From Candidatus Latescibacterota bacterium (lineage in GTDB: Bacteria; Latescibacterota; UBA2968): DNA of 64,000 nt. The position numbers and the translations under genes are program-made. Numbering within the stretch: position 1 is the first letter of the stretch; each line of letters opens with the position of its first letter. Shown here one piece after another: positions 11,038 through 21,368 of this stretch. The stretch covers positions 2,208,001-2,272,000 of the forward strand of contig OZ240241.1 in NCBI GenBank assembly GCA_965198115.1, read 5' to 3'. The notes below the pieces were generated by a model, which was not told where the DNA came from, ran no database searches, and worked only from the letters and a program-made list of their open reading frames with translations.

Positions 11038-11080
11038 TTTGGTTAGGCATCTGGGTCCGGGTAAGGGCGCAAGTTTCAGG

Positions 11081-11161
11081 CGTCCACCCTCAGCAATAGC
11101 ACTGCTACGGAGGACGGGTAGCCTGCTACGGGCTGCCCACCGTAGCTGAAGCGAAGGAGGG
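11081..11161. repeat. Two REP-like imperfect palindromes
   Basis: CGTCCACCCTCAGCA...TGCTACGGAGGACG and CCCACCGTAGCTGAAGCGAAGGAGGG. Confidence 0.45.
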
Positions 11162-11308
11162 AGGACGGGCGCAGGAGATGCGGCAGCCTATTTGTCCGAT
11201 GCTGGGCGTGGTTGACGCCAACGCCGCTCTGGGTGCTGGTTCAAGTGTGCGTTACGCCCCACAAAGGGACACACTTCTCCCCAATCGCGCGTGAAAGCGA
11301 CAAACCAC

Positions 11309-12919
11309 TCAGGCATCTGGTTCATCTCTCAGCGCCTCGCACGCTTCCCCAGCGAGTTGCTCCAAGGTCTTGGCCAGGCCACCGTAAAATCCATCTCCGA
11401 ATCGAGCGCGGATGGCATCAGCCAGTTTTTCAGCCGCTGAACTCGCGGAGGCTAAACCTTGCCGCCGCTCCTCAGAAGGGGATTCCCGGTACACTTTTCT
11501 GGCGTGGGTCATCTCCAAACGGGCGCGAAAGGCTTTGACGATAACAATGGCGCCCTCAAAGAGATTGCTGAGTTGTTGATAATCGCTCGGTTTCAAAGCA
11601 TCCGCGACGCTCTCGACGTCCGCCAGGCAGCGTTCCGCAAGGTGTAGGGCTTCATCTTTTTCGTCGCGAAGCACTTCAAAGCCCACGCTATCCAGGCGGT
11701 CTTCCAGCGTCGGCTGGGGGCGAGCGCGGAAGTGAGGCTGGCTCAAAAGCTTCGGCAATTGGCTGTGAGCCTGATCGTAGCTTCCTGCGGCATCAAAAGT
11801 TAAGCGGACGAGTTCTTCCGTTCTCCGCAATGCCCTGATCATTGCCGGAGCGGCTTCCTCGCCATATTTGGAAGCCGCCCATTCCCGCCAGAGAGCGCCA
11901 TCCATCTGCGCGTAATTCCCGTGCCACGGTTGGTCAGGAGCCAACTGGTAGCCGGGGTCGTGGAGGAACCGGCCGAGCGCAAACACATTGATGTCATTCG
12001 GACTGTCGAATATCGTCTTGAAGTGTTGCGATTTCGCATCGTCGTGCACGAGTCTGGCTGTGACGCCCAGCGGCTCGAAGGGAAGAATCCCGCGCACCGC
12101 GCCGTGGATGTATTCAGGTATGCAACACGGCATGTCCAATCGGCCCAAGTACTCGCCGTAGACATCCATCTCCACCACCAGATTGCGGCGCCCATACGCC
12201 GCGAGATACGGGGTCAGCGGAAGATTCAGATGCGTCCAGTCCGCTAAGACCTCTTTGGTCATAATGACGACATCATCAGGGAGGGCATCCACGATGCGCA
12301 AAAAGCTTCTGAAATCTTCATCTCTGACGATGAAATCTCGTATGACCAGCCCTTTGCCGTGGGCGTTGCACACATCATAGATTGTCGTGTACAACTTCAG
12401 GAGCCTCTCCTCCCTGCCCATGGAACCGCCGCTTTGCACGATGCTTGGGGTCTCGTGCAAACTGGTGAGCGTGAGACGATCCACTTCCGGCATGAGCTGG
12501 AAGAATTCATCGAGCGAAGCGGATATGAAGTTCCACACGAAGTCCTTATCAACATCGCCTACTTCTGGATAAGCTGATGCCAATTCCTTGGGTGCGTATC
12601 GAAAAACGTGATACCAGCAGTTGAGTTCCAACCCCTGACGCTTGACCTTCTGAGCCAATTCGCGAAGGTAGGCATAGTTTTCTGCCCGCTCCCGCTCGGA
12701 TAGATCCGGTTGAAGTTTGTCGAAATCCCGATACGTAATGATCGCATCGACAATCCCGCCCGGGCAGGTGTAGTCGTGAAACTCGAGCAGATTCACGCCG
12801 TAATCCGCAGCCCGAACGACCGCTTCGTTGACGTAATCTGTAAACAGTTCCTTGTCCCTCACCGAACAGAACGCCCATCCACGCCACGGGAAATAAGGTG
12901 CGCTTCCTTGTGTTGTCAG
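11309..12919 (-). CDS. Hypothetical glycoside-hydrolase-like TIM-barrel protein (start either GTG 12862 or CTG 12919)
   Basis: 517-aa ORF. The in-frame upstream extension contains PYFPWRGW and a CTG preceded by GGAGGGG. Confidence 0.7.
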   Translation of the reverse strand: MTTQGSAPYFPWRGWAFCSVRDKELFTDYVNEAVVRAADYGVNLLEFHDYTCPGGIVDAIITYRDFDKLQPDLSERERAENYAYLRELAQKVKRQGLELNCWYHVFRYAPKELASAYPEVGDVDKDFVWNFISASLDEFFQLMPEVDRLTLTSLHETPSIVQSGGSMGREERLLKLYTTIYDVCNAHGKGLVIRDFIVRDEDFRSFLRIVDALPDDVVIMTKEVLADWTHLNLPLTPYLAAYGRRNLVVEMDVYGEYLGRLDMPCCIPEYIHGAVRGILPFEPLGVTARLVHDDAKSQHFKTIFDSPNDINVFALGRFLHDPGYQLAPDQPWHGNYAQMDGALWREWAASKYGEEAAPAMIRALRRTEELVRLTFDAAGSYDQAHSQLPKLLSQPHFRARPQPTLEDRLDSVGFEVLRDEKDEALHLAERCLADVESVADALKPSDYQQLSNLFEGAIVIVKAFRARLEMTHARKVYRESPSEERRQGLASASSAAEKLADAIRARFGDGFYGGLAKTLEQLAGEACEALRDEPDA

Positions 12920-13032
12920 GGCGTCCCCCTCCGCTTTGTGAAAACGGGACTCACTTCGATCATCTAATCCCTCGCATCTCCATAACTATTTTAAAGATCC
13001 AGAATCTGCGCGGGTACGTACCTCACGGTAGT

Positions 13033-15141
13033 CTAACCGCGACGTATTCCCTCTGATTCCACACAGTGGACCACCGCAACGTTCCAGGGCGGGATATAGA
13101 GTTCGAATTCGTTGCCAGCCCGTGCGATTTCTACGCCAGCGAGCAGATCGTCCACTCGGCCGGTCTGCCAGCGCGGCCGTAGCTTCACTCTAGCTGCTGC
13201 ACGTTCGAGATTGAATACGAAGATGAGCGCCCCGCCTTGGCGCGAACGCCGCACGACCGGCACGGCACGATTGCCTTCCACCACCACCGGCTGCTCGACC
13301 CCCGCCTCATTCGCCAGCCCGAGGGCGATGTCGGCGGCACCCACATCTCCAAACCCCGCCGAAAGAGTCAGGCCATACCAGGTGAAGCGTCCATCCGCGC
13401 TGCTCACCGCGAGCGTCTCGCTGCCGAGCGACGCAATCCCTTGTGTTCTCCCTAGTGGTTCCAGCACCGCGTACCCACACGGCGAGGTGATCGCCACTGG
13501 CCCGTAAGGCGTCTCCAGCACATTCCGACCCTGGGCAATATCGTGCGCGGTCACCGCTGAGAAATCTGCTACCCGCACCTCCAACCGTTCAGCGAACCTT
13601 TCGGGCGGACTGTAGCTCGACTGCCCGTCGGCCGAGTACAGACCAAAGCTGCCCTCCGCGATCAGACGCGTCTGAGGATTCTCGTCCAGGGTGCGTTCGA
13701 TCCGCGCCTGGGTTTCGTCGTCCATCAAGGTCACATTGGGGAGGAAGAGCAGGCGGTAGCCTGACCAATCAACGCGTGGCGTCACAATGTCGGCTGGGAT
13801 CCCGTGGCGCCACAACGTGCGATACACGCCGCGCAGATCGGCGTTGAACCGCTCGGTTTCATCGTTGAAACCGAACAGTTCCTGCGATTCGGGGTGGTAG
13901 ACGATGCCTACCTCTACGCGGGGACACGTCAGTGGCAGATGGTCCCGCAAGCTTTCGATCTGCGCGATAGCCTCGGCCACGGCATTGAAACGTTGCGTCG
14001 GTTGGCCGTCCAACGCCATCAAGTTGTAGCCTGGCGATTCGAAGCTGAGATACTCGGGCCGGTACTGCCAGAACATGGCGCCGGCCGCCCCTGCTGCCAG
14101 GGTCATCCACAACAGTGTGGTCAGTTCGCGCGGGTCTGACTGCTTCTTCCAGGTCACGCCGCCCCGCGACATGCCGGCGTAGATCTCCTCGTTCCACCAG
14201 CGGCCGTTGACGCCCAGAGCACGCGCGATATCGAAGCTGAAGGCACGCTCTGCGATCTGGTAGGGATCGTCCGAGGTAAGCAGGTTGTTGGACGACATGG
14301 ACATGCCCCAGCTATCCACCTGCCGGGCGCACTGCTCGTCCCAGGGCCGTGGCGTCGACGCAGCGTGCGCCCGAATCTCGTGGGTCGGATCGAGCTTGCG
14401 GGTCTCGTCGACCATCCACTGCAAGCGGTCAACTAGGTTTTCGTAGTGGAACCGGCGGTACATCAACATCTCGACCACGTTGTCATTGAAGCGCGGCGGC
14501 TCTACATCCTCCCAACGGCGATAGCGGCGCAGAAATCGAGCGTTCAACTCATCCAAGGTAAAATGAGCGCGCAACCAGTCCTTGTAGCGCGCAAGTGTGT
14601 GGTCACAGTAGCACGGAAATCCATCACCGGGCGAAATCGGACTTACCCCGTCCCACAGCCCCCAGATGAGTAGGTTGGGGCGGTCTTTGTAGCGCTCCAC
14701 TACGTGGCGCAGCAGACCGCCGCCGTACTCGAGCCAGGCGGGGTGGTCGTAGCAGTGGACGATGCCGCCTTGTGGATACGCCGCGTGTCCGTGGACCATG
14801 TATGGCCGGCCGTGCCGATCGACCGCGCGGATGTCGGGATGCTCGCGGGTCAACCACTCGGGACAGGCGCCGTGGGTCGCCAGGGTGATGTCCAGCCACA
14901 CGAACAACCCGTGCTTTTCTCCCAGCTCGAACAGGCGGTCGAAGTCGTCCAGTTCGTACAGGCCGGGGCGCGGTTCCATCCAGTTCCAGTAGCTGAAGCT
15001 GCGAACGATCCGCAGCCCGGCCGCGCGAATCCGTGCGAAGTCGTCGTCCCACTCGGCGAGCCTGGGGATCGGCCCTCGGTAGTACTCGACGCCGACTGGA
15101 AACGGGGTTTCAGGATGTAGCAGAAAATTCGCTTCAGACAC
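13033..15141 (-). CDS. Beta-galactosidase, GH42-like
   Basis: GVEYY, W..MEPRPG.Y, CPEWL...HPD, CYCDH, FWQYR, and a trimerisation-domain-like C-terminal region. Confidence 0.82.
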   Translation of the reverse strand: MSEANFLLHPETPFPVGVEYYRGPIPRLAEWDDDFARIRAAGLRIVRSFSYWNWMEPRPGLYELDDFDRLFELGEKHGLFVWLDITLATHGACPEWLTREHPDIRAVDRHGRPYMVHGHAAYPQGGIVHCYDHPAWLEYGGGLLRHVVERYKDRPNLLIWGLWDGVSPISPGDGFPCYCDHTLARYKDWLRAHFTLDELNARFLRRYRRWEDVEPPRFNDNVVEMLMYRRFHYENLVDRLQWMVDETRKLDPTHEIRAHAASTPRPWDEQCARQVDSWGMSMSSNNLLTSDDPYQIAERAFSFDIARALGVNGRWWNEEIYAGMSRGGVTWKKQSDPRELTTLLWMTLAAGAAGAMFWQYRPEYLSFESPGYNLMALDGQPTQRFNAVAEAIAQIESLRDHLPLTCPRVEVGIVYHPESQELFGFNDETERFNADLRGVYRTLWRHGIPADIVTPRVDWSGYRLLFLPNVTLMDDETQARIERTLDENPQTRLIAEGSFGLYSADGQSSYSPPERFAERLEVRVADFSAVTAHDIAQGRNVLETPYGPVAITSPCGYAVLEPLGRTQGIASLGSETLAVSSADGRFTWYGLTLSAGFGDVGAADIALGLANEAGVEQPVVVEGNRAVPVVRRSRQGGALIFVFNLERAAARVKLRPRWQTGRVDDLLAGVEIARAGNEFELYIPPWNVAVVHCVESEGIRRG

Positions 15142-15205
15142 GATCTACTCCACAGAATTGTACAAGGACGAAGGAACTTCACTAGTTGCCCGCCGCAGAC
15201 CCTGG

Positions 15206-16231
15206 TTACCGGTGCCGCTCCTCAAACACGCGCACCGCCGTCTGAACAGCCAGCATCGACGTCTTCACCCGATCGTCATACGGCCGTTTCGTTGTCGTCT
15301 CGATCGTGAACGCCGGGCCGTACTTTGCGGCGCCGAAGTCCGCGAGGTTCAGACCTTCGCCACGCTCCTTGGCGATCAGCCAGAAGGCGCCGTCCTGCCG
15401 CTTCTCGAAGAAGGACCCGGGCGGTTCGGGTTCCAACGGCTGCCCGGCGTCCCCCACGGCCTGGCTCATGGCGTCCGCCATCCGTTCTTCCCAGGCTTCG
15501 TCCTCGTCGTTGCGCTGGTGACGGGCAGAGTACCAGAACGCATCGCCGCCGCATTCGTGCAGGTCCATCGTGAGGCGGGGGTTGATCTCGGCCATCAAGT
15601 CGCGCGTGCATCGCGATTCTACAGGCGCCCACGCCGTGTCGTGGAATCGATTGATGTGCAGCACTTCGCCTTCAGGGCTGACGATGAGGGTGTATGCCCG
15701 CTGATACGGTCCGGCGTCTTCGTGCGGCTCGAATCGGGAAGGGAAGTAGATCCGTCGGCCCTTCAATGGTTCAAGAAACAACTCGCCGGTTTCGAACTGT
15801 CCGTAGAGGCCGACGGTCGAGTAGCCGTATTCGCCGATCAGAACCAGCACCACATCGTCCTTCTCGTAGAGCAGCTCTCCACGATCCTTCAGGAATCCAC
15901 CGAGATCATCCAGAGAAGGCAGCGAGGGCTCCTCACCGAGACTCAGGCTCAAGACGTAGCCGTATCCATTGATTCCCATCGGATCGCGATTGGGAATCAC
16001 GTAGACCTGGTGGTCCGTCTCGAGCTCGTCGATCAGGGCGACGGCCGCCCCGACGCCCGCCTGTTCCCAGGAATGACTGCCGGCGCTGATGAAGATCGCC
16101 GGCTCTTTGTCTCCTCCCGTCTTGACGCTGACGATGGGCGCACCGTCCGGTGCGTGACCGAGCGTGGTCAGTTTATGTCCCCTGCTCTCGATCCAATCCA
16201 GCAGGTCCTGATGCCGGTCGAAGATCTTCAT
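15206..16231 (-). CDS. M14 family zinc carboxypeptidase-like protein
   Basis: AGSHSWE (HxxE), IPNRDPMG, INR, DLHE, FTIET. Confidence 0.8.
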   Translation of the reverse strand: MKIFDRHQDLLDWIESRGHKLTTLGHAPDGAPIVSVKTGGDKEPAIFISAGSHSWEQAGVGAAVALIDELETDHQVYVIPNRDPMGINGYGYVLSLSLGEEPSLPSLDDLGGFLKDRGELLYEKDDVVLVLIGEYGYSTVGLYGQFETGELFLEPLKGRRIYFPSRFEPHEDAGPYQRAYTLIVSPEGEVLHINRFHDTAWAPVESRCTRDLMAEINPRLTMDLHECGGDAFWYSARHQRNDEDEAWEERMADAMSQAVGDAGQPLEPEPPGSFFEKRQDGAFWLIAKERGEGLNLADFGAAKYGPAFTIETTTKRPYDDRVKTSMLAVQTAVRVFEERHR

Positions 16232-16286
16232 GGGTTTACCTCGAGTAAGCTGTTTCCGGTCTGTACTCGGTTGATGGTCGAAACCG

Positions 16287-16327
16287 AAGAAAAATAATCC
16301 CCGCCGGGGAATCGCACCAGGCGGGTT
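16287..16327 (-). terminator. Possible intrinsic terminator after the ankyrin gene
   Basis: CCCGCC...GGCGGG stem followed on the minus strand by ATTATTTTTCTT. Confidence 0.45.
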
Positions 16328-16426
16328 CTCATGTCGAACCGAAGGCTGGGTTTGTGAATCCCTTTTTCACACAGCGGGGTCCGCCCCCATCCTACCTACC
16401 CGCGGCTCGCCGCTCCTCGCGAATGA

Positions 16427-17404
16427 CTAGCCGTTCCGCCGCTTCAGGAGCTCGACCGCCTCGGTCGCGCCGCCGAACTCAGCCCACCCGAGCGGCGTCC
16501 CTCCGTGCAAGCCATCCACGACCGTCCAATCGGCGCTTCGATCGAGCAGCAGCTCCAGACACCCGATCGCGTTGTGCTGCGCCGCCAGATGCATCGCGAC
16601 GGCGTCGACCCCGTGTTCTTCCCCCCCGAAGCCGTGGCGCAGATCGGGGTCGGCTCCGTGGTCCAGAAGCCACGTAGCGGCCTCGACCTTGTCCGCATAG
16701 CAGGCCCAGAGTAGCGGCGTTCCTCGAAACGGGTTCGCGTTGACGTTCGCTACCAGAGACACGAGCGCCGCCATCGATTCACACTGATTGTTTCGCGAGG
16801 CCCAGGTCAGCGCCTCGTCGAGGACTTCCTGACGGTCTTTCCTGCGATCCCACACCGGAAAGAACACCGGCGCGTAGAAATCCAGGCCCGAGTACGCCTG
16901 CCCGGTCAACTCCTGTCCGTCGACGAACCGGTCGATCTCCGCACCAAGCGCCGCCGCGGCACGGAGATTGTCGGGGTGCACCGGCTTCATCACGTCGCCC
17001 ATATACGCTTTGGCGTAAAAGAGCGCATACGAGAGCGGCGATCCGCCCTCCTTGCCGTGGGCCTCGGCCATGACCGAGGCGCCGGCCTCGATCAGACGCC
17101 GTGCCAGGTCCGTGTGGCCCGCCATGCCTGCCGTATGCAGCGGCGTCCAGCCGTCGTGATCCGGCACGTTCGGATCGGCACCCGCGCGCAGGATCATGTC
17201 GACCGCCGCGTGCTGCTCGGAAGTCCCGGGGTCCAGAGGGATCGCGATATCGCCGGTCGCTGCCCGACAGGCCAGGTCGAGCAGCGTTCGGCCGTCGTCG
17301 TCGCGGTCGCCCAGGATCTCCCGCGACTGCAGGGCCCTTTCAAGCCCTTCGAGGTCGCCGCGATGTGCGGCCTCAGCGGCCTCTGACACACGGCGTTCCG
17401 ACAT
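16427..17404 (-). CDS. Ankyrin repeat protein
   Basis: DGRTLLDLA, DGWTPLHTAG..GH, GSPLSYA, GTPLLWA...WLLDHGAD, GTPLGWAE. Confidence 0.9.
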   Translation of the reverse strand: MSERRVSEAAEAAHRGDLEGLERALQSREILGDRDDDGRTLLDLACRAATGDIAIPLDPGTSEQHAAVDMILRAGADPNVPDHDGWTPLHTAGMAGHTDLARRLIEAGASVMAEAHGKEGGSPLSYALFYAKAYMGDVMKPVHPDNLRAAAALGAEIDRFVDGQELTGQAYSGLDFYAPVFFPVWDRRKDRQEVLDEALTWASRNNQCESMAALVSLVANVNANPFRGTPLLWACYADKVEAATWLLDHGADPDLRHGFGGEEHGVDAVAMHLAAQHNAIGCLELLLDRSADWTVVDGLHGGTPLGWAEFGGATEAVELLKRRNG

Positions 17405-17450
17405 AGGAAATTCCCCGCGAATGTGAAGATCTATATACGGTGGAAGACCT

Positions 17451-18220
17451 TCACATCTTCTCTCTCCAAATCTCCAATTGCTCCTTGACTACCTCTCGCA
17501 CCTCGGGCAAATCCTTCAGCACCCGCAGGTCACCCCACACCAGACTCCCGTCGCCGAATTCAAGCGCGATCTCCAGTTCTTTCCGCGTCCGTTCCGCCGA
17601 CCTCGGAAAGGTTGTTCGCATCCCGATGAACGGCACGAACCGGTTCCGCTCCGGATCCTCCAACCGCTTGTGCTCACTCGCCTCGAACCTGACGTGCTCC
17701 AGATGCCAGACCGGTGGGTAGAACCATGAAATCGTCTGACTGCAATAGTCGAGCTTCAGCCGATGGCCATACATCTCGTTCGGCTGGTAGGGCGGCCAAA
17801 CGTGATTCATCACGATCGCGTCCGGGTTGGTGCCCTTCGCGTGATCGTACAGCATCTCGCTGATCTCGACGAGCGCCTCTTCGCCGGCAATCGCCATGAC
17901 TTCGGAGTCGGATGTGCCTGGTTGAAGTTGTTTCAGCGTATCTCGCCGCTTCATCGAGTTCGGGTTGAAGCAGGCGTACATGTTGCGATATCCGAACCCG
18001 TCCGGAAGATGCCGTCCGCGCGTGCAAGAGCGTCCGACACGCGTTGTTTCAGAATCTCACGCGCCTCCTCGTCATCATAGCAGAGAAAGGGTCGATCGTG
18101 GAGGACCGGATGCCATCGATACGTCTGCGTGAAGCGGAGCTCGCGCCACTCGTCGGCGCGATCGATCCTCCGGATGACCGGGCCAACGGCTACATCCCCC
18201 GACTGATGTGGCTCGTGAAG
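17451..18220 (-). pseudogene. Hypothetical protein, frameshifted near 18003; 5' end uncertain
   Basis: ORF 17451-17981 extends as DGFGYRN and, after a 1-bp shift, as ...RPFLCYDDEEAREILKQRVSDALARADGIF. Confidence 0.5.
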
Positions 18221-18526
18221 GAGGCGACGGATCGCGATCCCGAAGCCTTCGAGACCGCCTGCGTCGAGTGGCGCGCGAAACGGGACGCCACACCCGATCG
18301 TCCGTTCATCGAGCGGCCCGACATGCTCGGACCCGATGGATCGTCCTACAGGTCGCTTGGATTGATGCTACCCGAATCGTCCGAAGAGTGATGACCGAGA
18401 CGTACCCGTTTCTGGTTGAAGGAAAACCGTCTGCGTCAATTGGTCAGCATCGTCGAAGCTTCGCTCGGCGAAGAACGATTGGCCTCGAAGCGCAAGAGCG
18501 CAGGAGCACCCCCACAACCCCGTCAT

Positions 18527-19612
18527 TTAGGAAGTACGCGGAAACAGCTCGTAATCAAGCGCTTCCTGGTAGCTCTGGGCTCTCCCCGACTGGTCGCCGC
18601 CCAGCCAGCGGTAGGGCCGCGGATAGAGCGTCAGCGAGCGGTTCTCCAGGGGCAGCTTAAGGGGCGCGCTGCCCCACAGAGCCGAGTACTTGGCAGCAAT
18701 GGCCGCCTCCAGCGACTGCCTCAGGTCGTGGCCCGAGATATAGAGCTCGCCGCCCTTTTCAATCGCGTCCAGAAGGGACAGGATGGACGTGCCCATATAG
18801 GTGAAGCGGGGGTATTGCAGCGGCGTATAGGGCCGCTTGACCCGAATGCGGGCGCCACTTGGGTCAAAGCCCTGGTAAATTTCGGGCGGGGCCCAATCCC
18901 AGCGGACCAGGCTGTCGTCGCTCCAAACCTCTACGCCCCGGCCCGGAGTCGGTTGCCCGAAGACCGGGCAGGTAAGGCCGTTGTCGAGGCGGAATTGGCC
19001 GTTGATGATCAGGCCTTCATCGCTGTCGCCGTGCAGGGCTTCCGCGGGGCTGCCCCAGGCGATCACCTCGGCGATCTCGGCCTGGGCGAGGAGTCGCAGA
19101 ACAGCGATGTGCTGGCAGCCGCCGCCCGAAATTTCGCCGCCCCAGCCGTGTACGCTGGCCCCGCGCAAGAGACCGTAATCGCCGGCTTTGAGCCAGGCGC
19201 CCGCCTCCTGCACTTCGCCCATGGCCCGCTGCAGGTTACCCCCGGCAAAGACCACGCCGCGCTGCTGGCATTCGTCGACCATAGCGTCAACGTCGGACAG
19301 CCGTGCTTCAATGGGTTTGTCGGTGGAGACGCCTTTGACGCCGGCCTGGGCCGAGGCGATGACCGCCTCTTTGATGTACTTGCCGGGCAGGACCACGGCG
19401 GCGATGTCCAGGGTCATTTCGCGATACAGGGCCTGGACGTCTTCGAACAGGTTTTTTATGCCAAAGCGCTCGCCCAGGGCCCGGCGGCGTTCGAGGTTGA
19501 TTTCGGCGACGGCGACCACTTCGGTATTGGGCAAGGTCTGGTAGACTTCTATATAGTGCTGACCTAACCGGCCGCCGCCGATAATGGCCACTGAATATTT
19601 AGCCTCGGACAT
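18527..19612 (-). CDS. Gfo/Idh/MocA family oxidoreductase
   Basis: VAIIGGGRLGQHY Rossmann motif, TDKPI, GGCQH. Confidence 0.9.
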   Translation of the reverse strand: MSEAKYSVAIIGGGRLGQHYIEVYQTLPNTEVVAVAEINLERRRALGERFGIKNLFEDVQALYREMTLDIAAVVLPGKYIKEAVIASAQAGVKGVSTDKPIEARLSDVDAMVDECQQRGVVFAGGNLQRAMGEVQEAGAWLKAGDYGLLRGASVHGWGGEISGGGCQHIAVLRLLAQAEIAEVIAWGSPAEALHGDSDEGLIINGQFRLDNGLTCPVFGQPTPGRGVEVWSDDSLVRWDWAPPEIYQGFDPSGARIRVKRPYTPLQYPRFTYMGTSILSLLDAIEKGGELYISGHDLRQSLEAAIAAKYSALWGSAPLKLPLENRSLTLYPRPYRWLGGDQSGRAQSYQEALDYELFPRTS

Positions 19613-19834
19613 GATCCCTCCTTCTCATTGCCAATTGCGTACACCTCCAGGTGGGCTATCCGCGTCTGCAATCTATGGGCGGAACCCGGATACTTACTGG
19701 CGCTCCTCTTCGGGGAACTGGGAGCGGAACGACGTGGTATCAGCAGGCGTAATCCAATCCGGTCTGGGGAAGGGGGCGTGAGGATTTCCTAACGCCCGTA
19801 TTTTTCGTTTGTTCTCCCCAACAACTGACGATGT

Positions 19835-21292
19835 CTACCGGAACTGGAAGGAGTAGAGTTTCGCGTTCTTGAAGTAAAACCGCAGCTTGACCGCCTTGCC
19901 TTCCAGCCGGCTCAGATCCGAGCTGCCGTTCCACGACGCCACCTGGTCGAGGTCGCCGTCCGTGATCGGGTCGGTGTCTTCGAACGCGTATCCCTGAATG
20001 TAATCGTGATACGGTTCCAGGACCTCGACCCGGACCTCGCAGAGCCCGGCGCCTCCGTGCTGGGGAGCCGCCACGACGTTGAGGTGGAGCTGTGAGCCGG
20101 TGAACGAGAACGAGCGGGTAACCAGCTCGCTGTACTGAGCGAAGTGCGGTCGCCCGAGCGGCGGGTCCCCCGCCAGTGCCTTGGTGCCGTCGACCGACAC
20201 AAACCCGTCCAACCGGCTGACCGCCAGCCCGATGGCCGTCTGGGCACGGTCGCCCAGCTCGATCAACGTGTCGTGTGAGCGCCAGTTGTGTCCGTTGTAA
20301 AAGGTGTAGATGAGGTCGCCAACGACGATTGGTGCGCTGGCAAAGACCGAAACCGAGTCGAAATCGCTTCCGCCCCCTCTTTCGATGAACGGCTGGCGGT
20401 AGTTCCTCTGGTAGTGGATCCCATTGCGGCTGAATACGACCTCCGGATGATGAGTCGTGTTCGTGGTCCGGAAGATCCACAGAAGCCCCACGTACAAACC
20501 CTCGTACGCCACACAGGGCATGCCGTAAAACTCGGTGTCGGGCGGGTCTTGCGTGTCAGGCACCAGGATGGTCTCGGGCTCGCTCCAGGCGATACCATCG
20601 GGGCTCTCGGACCTGCCGATCAGGCGCTTGCCCAAGGGGGAACGTCGGTGACGGCTGTTCTCCGGGTGGACGGCGTAGACCTCCCGGATCGGGTCCCAGC
20701 CCATAAATAAGGTCGGTCCCCAGCGGCCGATTTTCGGAGACGTGTCGATGATCGGATTGCCGTCATACGGTGTCCAGGACTTGAAGTCCGGCGAGAAGTG
20801 GAGATCGAACCTCATGCCCGGCGTTCTCGTGTCCCCTGTTCTGACGTGTCCTCGGAACTTCTTGTCCTCATCCACCGCATTGGGATCGGGATACGTGTAC
20901 TGCATCAGCCAGTCTTTCGGCAAAATGTTGTTCTGCTTCGATCCCTCGAACTCGACCTCGCCCACGATCGGCTTCTCCCATTCCATGCCGTCTTTGGAGA
21001 ACGCCAAACAGGTTCGGGTCCCGCCCTCTTCTTCCATGATCACTTCATCTTTGACACGCCTCGCCTTCCACACTCTCGTGGAGTAGCGCATCTCGAAACG
21101 TCCGGCCTCGTCGTCCCACCACACGCTGTCTACGCTGAAGTGGCTTCCTTCCCAGGGGTGCTCTGCCCGCAGCACGGGATTGCCGGCCACCTTTTCGGCC
21201 CGATTCATCGTCTGCACGCAGTTGCTGGTGCTTTCGATCAGGTAGTCGTCTACGAAGAGTTGTTTCTGCGAACCGATGTCGATCAAAGCCAT
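19835..21292 (-). CDS. Beta-propeller glycoside-hydrolase-like protein (GH32/43/130-like fold), paralog 1
   Basis: KQLFVDDYLI, GNPVL, S.DG..W repeats, GLAVSRLDGFVS, C-terminal KLRFYFKNAKLYSFQF. Confidence 0.75.
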   Translation of the reverse strand: MALIDIGSQKQLFVDDYLIESTSNCVQTMNRAEKVAGNPVLRAEHPWEGSHFSVDSVWWDDEAGRFEMRYSTRVWKARRVKDEVIMEEEGGTRTCLAFSKDGMEWEKPIVGEVEFEGSKQNNILPKDWLMQYTYPDPNAVDEDKKFRGHVRTGDTRTPGMRFDLHFSPDFKSWTPYDGNPIIDTSPKIGRWGPTLFMGWDPIREVYAVHPENSRHRRSPLGKRLIGRSESPDGIAWSEPETILVPDTQDPPDTEFYGMPCVAYEGLYVGLLWIFRTTNTTHHPEVVFSRNGIHYQRNYRQPFIERGGGSDFDSVSVFASAPIVVGDLIYTFYNGHNWRSHDTLIELGDRAQTAIGLAVSRLDGFVSVDGTKALAGDPPLGRPHFAQYSELVTRSFSFTGSQLHLNVVAAPQHGGAGLCEVRVEVLEPYHDYIQGYAFEDTDPITDGDLDQVASWNGSSDLSRLEGKAVKLRFYFKNAKLYSFQFR

Positions 21293-21368
21293 CTCTCGGC
21301 CCTTGGCAAAGAAGATATGGGAATTTCGGGACGCCGTGTAAGCCGCCGTTTATATGTCCGTAGGCAGC

